Below, one piece after another: positions 57,615 through 64,000 of a stretch of DNA of 64,000 nucleotides. This stretch comes from Pelobium sp. (GTDB lineage: Bacteria > Bacteroidota > Bacteroidia > Sphingobacteriales > Sphingobacteriaceae). The stretch spans positions 20,384 through 84,383 of the forward strand of contig JBBKWF010000012.1 of the NCBI GenBank assembly GCA_037968815.1, given 5' to 3'. Under the pieces are notes generated by a model. It had not been told where the DNA came from, made no database searches, and saw only the letters and a program-made list of their open reading frames with translations. Position 1 is the first letter of the stretch, and each line of letters opens with the position of its first letter. The position numbers and the translations under genes were made by a program.

Positions 57615-58628
57615 TTACGGTGCTTTAGGTTGTGTTTTTTGGAAACTATAAATTAAGTAAAACAGCGCAGGTAATATAAAAACACTCCCTATTAATAAAG
57701 CCCAAGCTAACGTTTCAATTGTTTTTTCGGTTCCTTGCTCTTCTAATAAAGAAAGAGCATCTCCACTTTTTAACAAAATAATATTAGGGTAGTGATTCCA
57801 TGTTGTAATAAAAAGAATCATGGTGACTTGAAAGCCAGCCAAAAAACGCATTAAATTGGTGCGTTCCGTATTCCAGATTGACCATAAGATGACTACAGAA
57901 ATTGTTGCTAATGTAAAAGCTAAAATACCCGGCCAGCTACCAAATACCCAAGTAGTTAATGGGATGTTTTGAATTTGAGATACTATAAAAACAATAGCAC
58001 CGGCTACCACTGCGAAAATATTAAAAGCTTTAGCTTTCTTTATAAATCTTGCTTTTTCTGTTGCTTCTGGCGTTTGACCAATAATAAAAACCGCAGCTAG
58101 AAAGCCACATATTGCAACGGTAAATAAACCTACGGCAAATGAGAACCCGTTTACCCAGCTAAAAATATAAGCGTCTATAAAGTTTGTAGCATTTGGGTCT
58201 ATTGCTCCCGTTACGGTGCTACCCGCAATAACTCCTAAAAAAAAAGGAGTGATAAAACTAGAGTACACAAAAATTCTATTGTAAACATGTTGCATTTCGT
58301 CTTTAACAGCATCATAATGCCGAAAAGTGAAAGCGGTACCTCTAGCAATAATGCCCAATAGCATTAAAACCAAAGGAATATGCATATAGGTTGACATGGT
58401 GGTGTAGATTTTAGGAAAACCTACAAACAAAATAACAATGGTGATAATTAACCACATATGATTGGCTTCCCAAATAGGTCCTATTGCCCGGTACATGGTT
58501 TTCCGGGTTTTACTTTTATTTCTATCGGATGTAAACAGTTCTAAAATACCCGCACCAAAATCTGCACCTCCTAAAATTAGGTAAAGCAAAATGGCTGTCC
58601 AAAGGAAAATGATGACTACGTAAATCAT
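57615..58628 (-). CDS. cydB: Cytochrome bd ubiquinol oxidase subunit II
   Basis: 'GADFGAG', 'IGPIWEANHMWLI', multiple TM helices. Confidence 0.93.
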   Translation of the reverse strand: MIYVVIIFLWTAILLYLILGGADFGAGILELFTSDRNKSKTRKTMYRAIGPIWEANHMWLIITIVILFVGFPKIYTTMSTYMHIPLVLMLLGIIARGTAFTFRHYDAVKDEMQHVYNRIFVYSSFITPFFLGVIAGSTVTGAIDPNATNFIDAYIFSWVNGFSFAVGLFTVAICGFLAAVFIIGQTPEATEKARFIKKAKAFNIFAVVAGAIVFIVSQIQNIPLTTWVFGSWPGILAFTLATISVVILWSIWNTERTNLMRFLAGFQVTMILFITTWNHYPNIILLKSGDALSLLEEQGTEKTIETLAWALLIGSVFILPALFYLIYSFQKTQPKAP

Positions 58629-59953
58629 GTTTTATCGTTAGTTTTAGGTGAATCATACAGTTGAGGGACCATTTTTATCTGTCGATACAACATGTAAACC
58701 ACAATAATGGATAGGGAAATGTAAACTGCTGTAAACATATAGAAAGAATAAACTATGCCCGGCATCGGGGTAACAGCATCAACCGTACGCATTACGTCTT
58801 TGATGATCCAAGGCTGTCGGCCTACTTCGGTAACTGTCCAGCCAGCTTCAACCGCTATAAATCCTAATGGCGTCGAAATAACAAACAGTTTTAATAACCA
58901 TTTGGTTTGGAGCCAAGCTTTCTTTCTCCATAAGGCTAAGAAATAAATAAAGCTAATAGCCATTAATAACATCCCGATACCTATCATGATCTGAAACGCA
59001 TAATGAGTAATTGCAATAGGCGGTTGGTTTTCTTTTGGGATTTGGTCTAAGCCGATGACTTCTGCATTGAAATCGCCATGTGCCATAAAGCTTAATACTC
59101 CAGGGATTCTCAGAGCATAATCTACTTGTTGGGTTTCGGTGTTTGGGATGCCGCCGATAATTAACGGGGCATTTTTTTCGGTGTGGAAGTGAGCTTCCAT
59201 GGCCGCTAGTTTTGCTGGCTGATTTTTAGCGACAAACTTTGCAGAAATATCACCACTAATGGGTTGTATAACCGCTGCAATGGTTCCAAAAATGGCTGCG
59301 ATTTTAAATGCCTTGGTATGAAAATCTATACTTTCTTTTTTTAGAATCATTAATGCGTGAACTCCTGCTACAGCAAAACCTGTAGCCACAAAAGCCGCAA
59401 TACTCATGTGTAAAGCCTGAGAAAACCAAGCATCGTTAAACATAGCGGCAATAGGGTCAATGTTTAAATACTCGCCATCTATATAGTCAAAACCTGCAGG
59501 ACTGTTCATCCAAGCATTGGCAGCCACCACTAAAATACCTGAAGCCAATCCGCTAACGCCAACTACAACACCGGTAAACCAGTGAAACCACTTGTTAAAC
59601 CTGTCCCAGCCGTATAAGTAAAAACCTAAAGCAATTGCCTCTATAAAAAAGGCGGTTCCTTCTAAAGAAAAAGGCATCCCGAAAATTGGTCCGGCATGCT
59701 CCATAAACTTAGGCCAAAGTAAGCCTAGTTCAAAAGATAAAACGGTACCAGACACAGCTCCAGTGGCAAAAAAGATAGCAACACCTTTGGTCCATGCTTG
59801 GGTAATGTTTCTGTAGGTGATATTATTGGTTTTTAAATAGAGGTAATGCGAAACTGCCATGAAAAATGGCATCACCATACCTATACAGGAAAATATAATG
59901 TGAAACCCCAAGGATAGCGCCATTTGGGAGCGGGCGGCTAAAAAATCATCCAT
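58625..59953 (-). CDS. cydA: Cytochrome bd ubiquinol oxidase subunit I
   Basis: 'FHIIF', 'GAVSGT', 'FFIEA', 'QPAKLAAME', 'GWTVTEVGRQPW'; 4-nt overlap with cydB; TATGTTTG -7 element at 59981-59974. Confidence 0.95.
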   Translation of the reverse strand: MDDFLAARSQMALSLGFHIIFSCIGMVMPFFMAVSHYLYLKTNNITYRNITQAWTKGVAIFFATGAVSGTVLSFELGLLWPKFMEHAGPIFGMPFSLEGTAFFIEAIALGFYLYGWDRFNKWFHWFTGVVVGVSGLASGILVVAANAWMNSPAGFDYIDGEYLNIDPIAAMFNDAWFSQALHMSIAAFVATGFAVAGVHALMILKKESIDFHTKAFKIAAIFGTIAAVIQPISGDISAKFVAKNQPAKLAAMEAHFHTEKNAPLIIGGIPNTETQQVDYALRIPGVLSFMAHGDFNAEVIGLDQIPKENQPPIAITHYAFQIMIGIGMLLMAISFIYFLALWRKKAWLQTKWLLKLFVISTPLGFIAVEAGWTVTEVGRQPWIIKDVMRTVDAVTPMPGIVYSFYMFTAVYISLSIIVVYMLYRQIKMVPQLYDSPKTNDKT

Positions 59954-60088
59954 TTAGTTGAAATTATGTAGTGCAAACATAAATATAAACAAGTGTTTTA
60001 GTGATAAGCTATTGTGTTTTGATTAATTTGTAGCGATTCTAATTTAAATAATTGTTTGTTTAATTGAAAAATAGCCGAACTAAATTTA

Positions 60089-60466
60089 ATGAGTGCAAAA
60101 AAGAGTAATTTTTCTGTAAATCAAAGGTTTAAAAGTTTTAAATATGCTTTTGAAGGTTTTAAAGTGCTGTTAAAATCAGAACATAATGCCAGAGTGCATC
60201 TGTTTTTTACTGTCTTGGCGGTAATATTAGGTTTAATACTTAAAATTAGTAATGTTGAATGGGCTTTAATTGTTTTTGCAATTGGTTTTGTGTTTGTAGC
60301 CGAGGTATTCAATACCTGTATTGAAGAGGTTTGTGATTTTATTTGTGCAGAACAAGATTTTAAGATTAAAAAAATTAAAGATTTAGCTGCTTTAGCAGTT
60401 TTATTGAGTGCTATTAGTGCATTTGTAATTGGTCTTCTTGTATTTTTGCCTAAGATTATTTGTTAA
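60089..60466 (+). CDS. DgkA-family diacylglycerol/undecaprenol kinase
   Basis: 'SFKYAFEG', 'EHNARVH', 'EVFNTCIE..CD', 'KDLAA.AV'. Confidence 0.88.
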   Translation: MSAKKSNFSVNQRFKSFKYAFEGFKVLLKSEHNARVHLFFTVLAVILGLILKISNVEWALIVFAIGFVFVAEVFNTCIEEVCDFICAEQDFKIKKIKDLAALAVLLSAISAFVIGLLVFLPKIIC

Positions 60467-60664
60467 AAAAATGAAATTAGGTGTTAAATAGGCTACGACA
60501 ACCTCTTTTTATCTAAAAAAACTAATTTATCTCTTGGTTTTTTATGGTGATTTATTTTTGTTTCTGATGTGTAGATTAAGTTTATCCTATTTATATGTTA
60601 AAAAATGAAGTTCTTGTTTGATTTTGCGAAAATCTTTTTAACCTTTAGCCATAATTAATTTTGC

Positions 60665-61897
60665 ATGGCATTAAATTACGTTTGGGTCGCTTTTTTCATT
60701 GTTTCTTTTGCAGTTGCTTTGGTAAGGTTGATTTTTTTTCAGGATTATCAGATTTTTCAGACCATTGTTAACAGCACCTTTGATATGTCGAAGACCGGTG
60801 CCGAGATTTCTCTGGGCTTAATTGGTTTAATGACCTTCTGGTTGGGGATTATGAAGATTGGTGAAAAAGGAGGGATGATCAAAATTTTCGCAAAGATTGT
60901 TGGTCCTTTTTTTAGCAAAATTTTCCCCGAAATACCTAAAAACCATCCGGCAATGGGTTCTATCTTAATGAATTTTTCTGCCAATATGTTGGGTTTAGAT
61001 AATGCTGCAACGCCTTTGGGTTTAAAGGCAATGAAAGAACTGCAAGAAATTAACCCCGATAAAGAAACGGCATCTAATGCGCAGATTATGTTTTTGGTAC
61101 TTAATGCCTCTAGTTTGGTGTTAATCCCGACGAGCATTATGGCTTTTCGTAAAGCAGCGGGTGCAGCAGATCCTTCGGATGTGTTTGTTCCTTGTTTATT
61201 GGCAACTTTTTTCTCCACTTTAGTGGGCTTAATAGTCACCGCGACTTATCAAAAAATCAATCTTTTTCAAAAAACTATCCTTATCTATTTAGGAACAGCC
61301 GCCACAATTATTGGTGGAACCTTGTATTATTTTACTACGCTTTCGCAAGATCAAATCGGGATTGTTTCTAGCGTGGTGGGTAATGTTTTACTGTTCAGTA
61401 TCATCTTATCATTTATATGTTTGGCACTTTTTCGAAAGATTAACGTTTTCGAAACTTTTATTGAAGGTGCAAAAGAAGGTTTTGAGATCGCTGTAAAAAT
61501 TATCCCTTATTTGGTAGCTATTTTAGTTGCTGTTGGAGTTTTTAGAGGGTCGGGAGCTTTAGACTTTTTAGTAAGTGGTATTGAACATTTAGTGGCTTTT
61601 GCCGGATTAGATACTGGATTTGTACCTGCCTTACCTGTGGCTTTTATGAAGCCTTTAAGTGGGAGTGGAGCAAGAGGATTAATGGTGGAATTGATGAACA
61701 CCAGCGGTGCTGATAGTTTTGCATCACGGGTGGCTTGTGTAATCCAAGGTTCTACCGAAACAACATTTTATGTTTTGGCAATTTATTTTGGTTCGGTTTC
61801 TATTAAAAACACGAGACATGCTCTACCTGCTGCACTTATGGCGGAGTTAGCAGGGATTTTAGCAGCAATATTTATCGCTTATATATTTTTTGGATAA
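60665..61897 (+). CDS. Nucleoside-recognition (Gate) domain membrane protein, SpmA/SpmB fusion
   Basis: 'ANMLGLDNAATP.G.KAM', 'FLVLNAS', 'KPLSGSG', 'STETTFYV..YFG'. Confidence 0.88.
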   Translation: MALNYVWVAFFIVSFAVALVRLIFFQDYQIFQTIVNSTFDMSKTGAEISLGLIGLMTFWLGIMKIGEKGGMIKIFAKIVGPFFSKIFPEIPKNHPAMGSILMNFSANMLGLDNAATPLGLKAMKELQEINPDKETASNAQIMFLVLNASSLVLIPTSIMAFRKAAGAADPSDVFVPCLLATFFSTLVGLIVTATYQKINLFQKTILIYLGTAATIIGGTLYYFTTLSQDQIGIVSSVVGNVLLFSIILSFICLALFRKINVFETFIEGAKEGFEIAVKIIPYLVAILVAVGVFRGSGALDFLVSGIEHLVAFAGLDTGFVPALPVAFMKPLSGSGARGLMVELMNTSGADSFASRVACVIQGSTETTFYVLAIYFGSVSIKNTRHALPAALMAELAGILAAIFIAYIFFG

Positions 61898-61972
61898 TGA
61901 AACCATCATGGTTTGGCCACAGTATAGTGGGGGCATGACTGCTTCATTACCGTTAAAAAACAATAAATACAA

Positions 61973-62344
61973 ATGAAAAAGAGAATTGCATTAATAGCCC
62001 ATGATGGCAAGAAAGCGGAGATGGTTGGTTTTGTAAAAGATCATTGGGATATTTTATCTCGCATGGATTTAACAGCGACTGGCACAACCGGTGGTTATGT
62101 AGAGCAAACCGGTTTAGAAGTTAATAAGAAATTAAGTGGCCCAAAAGGTGGCGATGCTCAGATTGCCGCTATGGCTGCAGAGGATTTGTTAGATGGGATT
62201 TTGTTTTTTAGAGACCCACTTGGGAAGCACCCTCATGAACCAGATGTTCAAATGTTAATGCGTATTTGCGATGTGCATAATGTGCCAATTGCCACTAATC
62301 CAGCAACAGCGAGGTTGATTTTGGAAGCTTTGGCTGATGATTAA
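61973..62344 (+). CDS. mgsA: Methylglyoxal synthase
   Basis: 'IALIAHDGKK', 'ATGTTG', 'SGPKGGDAQI', 'FFRDPL..HPHEPDV', 'ATNPATA'. Confidence 0.96.
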   Translation: MKKRIALIAHDGKKAEMVGFVKDHWDILSRMDLTATGTTGGYVEQTGLEVNKKLSGPKGGDAQIAAMAAEDLLDGILFFRDPLGKHPHEPDVQMLMRICDVHNVPIATNPATARLILEALADD

Positions 62345-62368
62345 AATCTTTCCGCTTCATTGTAAGTA

Positions 62369-62931
62369 GTCATTGCGAGTCCCTTTTCGGGACGAAGCAA
62401 TCTCTAACGAACGAAGGTCGAACCTCTTTTTTAAAGCACAGACCTAATTTGTTCAAGCAGGGTTTTTCTTTTCGAGAACCCTGCGTTTTTTAAGATTTCT
62501 CTTTTCAATAAAAGTCTTTTAAAGTAGAAATTATCTCTATAAAAGTGATTTTCCCGGCTCATTGCCGCCGGAGGGCTATTACTTTTGCTTCAGCTCAAAA
62601 GTAACAAAACGCCGCCGCTGCGCCGGTTGCTACAATGTTTGTGCTTTTTGTTCTTCATCAGTACCGTAACCGCCAAGGCGGAATTTATCGGTTACGGAAG
62701 GGTTGTGGTTTTAGCTTTGCTTGGTGGGCGCTCTTTCTTTTCCCCGTCATTGCGAGGCGGTCATTGGGAGTCCCTTTTCGGGACGAAGCAATCTACAAGC
62801 CGGGGCAATCCCCAACCCACAAAGGTTGCACCCCTTTCTTAAAGCACAGACCGTAAACCCAGACCATGCAGAGAAAACCAAAGAGGTTGCCACAGCGCAC
62901 CACTTTCCTCCAACCTTTCGCTTCGCAATGC
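62369..62931. repeat. Composite REP/BIME-like cluster (GTCATTGCGAG...GAAGCAATCT units plus other palindromes)
   Basis: Copies at 62369-62403 and 62760-62794 (35 nt, one mismatch), a partial at 62746-62756, a diverged inverted copy at 62931-62883, shared tails aaagcacagacc, and the hairpin TTACTTTTG-N8-CAAAAGTAA at 62579-62604. Confidence 0.8.
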
Positions 62932-62985
62932 AAAGGAAACCTGAGCTTAGGGGGTTTTAAGCTATTAAGGTTTATTCTTTCTGTG

Positions 62986-63855
62986 TTAAACAAAAATTCT
63001 TTTCCCTGATAAGTTCTCTCTGAATTCTTTTGGTGTACAGCCCTTTTTCTTTTTAAAAATCCGATTAAAGTTGGAGATATTATTAAATCCACAGTTGTAA
63101 GCAATCTCAGCAACTGCATCAGTAGAGTCAATTAATTTTCTTGAGGCATGACCTAATCTTATCTCAATTAAGCTATCCATAAAGCTAATTCCAGTTCGGC
63201 TTTTAAAAAACCTGCTGAAAGAAACCTCTGTCATATTGGCGATTTTAGCAGCTTCGTTTAAAGTTACTTGTTTATCGAAATTGAAATTAATGTACTCCAT
63301 CACTTTTTCAACCCTTCTGCTGTTATATGATAGTTCAACATTGCTAAACGATGCATCGGATAAAATTTTCATGTTTCTAGAAGTAGAGAGGTCATGTAGA
63401 ATAGACATTAACTCGAGAACAGAATCAAAGCCCTGTTTTTTGTTTAGTTTAATTAACCTTGGGCCAATAAGTGAAGCAGTTTCATTTGAAAATAAGATGC
63501 CACATTTTGACTTTTCAAACATCTCTCTTATTACACGTAATTGATTGCGACGTAAAAATTTATTGTCAAATAGGCTTTTATGAAACTGAATGGTCACCTC
63601 ATGTATTTCTTTATTTCCCAAATTATGATTTTCCCAAACGTGAGGTAAATTAGAACCAATCAACACTAACTCTAAGTCTCCAATCTTCTCAATATGATCA
63701 CCTACTAAACGTCTGGCACCACTTGCGTTTGAGATAAAATTGAGCTCCATCTCATCATGATAATGCAAGGGGAAATCGAATTCATACTTTTTTCGTTCGA
63801 AAATCGTGAAACAATCACTATCGGTAAGGGGGGTTATTTCTTTTATAGGTTTCAT
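62986..63855 (-). CDS. AraC-family transcriptional regulator
   Basis: Cupin-like N-domain 'FPLHYHDE.EL', 'VGDH', 'NLPHVW'; C-terminal 'FSRFFK', 'IAYNCGFNNISNFNRIFKK.KG.TP..FR'. Confidence 0.93.
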   Translation of the reverse strand: MKPIKEITPLTDSDCFTIFERKKYEFDFPLHYHDEMELNFISNASGARRLVGDHIEKIGDLELVLIGSNLPHVWENHNLGNKEIHEVTIQFHKSLFDNKFLRRNQLRVIREMFEKSKCGILFSNETASLIGPRLIKLNKKQGFDSVLELMSILHDLSTSRNMKILSDASFSNVELSYNSRRVEKVMEYINFNFDKQVTLNEAAKIANMTEVSFSRFFKSRTGISFMDSLIEIRLGHASRKLIDSTDAVAEIAYNCGFNNISNFNRIFKKKKGCTPKEFRENLSGKRIFV

Positions 63856-64000
63856 TTATTCAAAAATATAAAATTATATCAACATTAATGATAATATAAT
63901 ACCATCTTTTGATGGCTATCAAATCGTGTTTAATAATGTTTAAATAGCGATATATTGTTCTTTTATTAACTAATTCACCATTAGTAATTAATTTAATAGA

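Noticed and set aside
23902-62931. Repeat clusters as possible CRISPR arrays
   Set aside because: No regularly spaced 23-47 nt direct repeats with unique spacers, and no cas genes.
62585-63131. Overlapping ORFs 62585-62842, 62635-62856, 62721-62960 (+) and 62793-63131 (-)
   Set aside because: They lie in the palindromic repeat cluster, overlap each other and show no protein-like motifs; open frames are expected in GC-richer repeat DNA.
378-63653. Numerous 60-180 aa ORFs antisense to, or out of frame within, long genes (e.g. 378-593, 3743-4000, 50050-50448, 52974-53516, 60757-61239)
   Set aside because: Shadow ORFs of well-supported genes with no recognisable motifs.

Overview
AT-rich chromosomal segment from a Bacteroidota organism; the gene set and order suggest Sphingobacteriaceae (Pedobacter-like; inference). 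Mostly housekeeping: envelope genes (MlaD-family, amidase, lptD), cinA, a 2-oxoacid dehydrogenase E2, a T9SS type-B substrate with its PorP/SprF partner, phoH-purC-STAS-rnz, lysC-lysA, gltBD, a complete his operon, an ECF sigma/anti-sigma pair, lipA, gatB, cydAB, mgsA and an AraC regulator. No rRNA, tRNA, CRISPR array, integrase or IS transposase was seen. Most notable: (1) a ~430 bp cassette (intact-looking DUF559/Vsr-like nuclease between two inverted GC-rich hairpin repeats) at the hisA-hisF junction that replaces the hisF start codon and creates an in-frame nuclease-HisF fusion; (2) the his operon also carries a RelE/ParE toxin-antitoxin pair, an orphan lipoprotein, two paired-tandem-repeat hairpins and an unannotated His-rich leader peptide; (3) a CI/LexA-like S24 repressor with two CTAA-N5-TTAG-type boxes facing a degenerate GIY-YIG gene; (4) a GAF-PAS gene broken by one amber codon, next to a CheB-CheR-PAS-histidine kinase hybrid; (5) a composite REP-like repeat cluster after mgsA. 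All family calls come from motif recognition by eye, not database searches.
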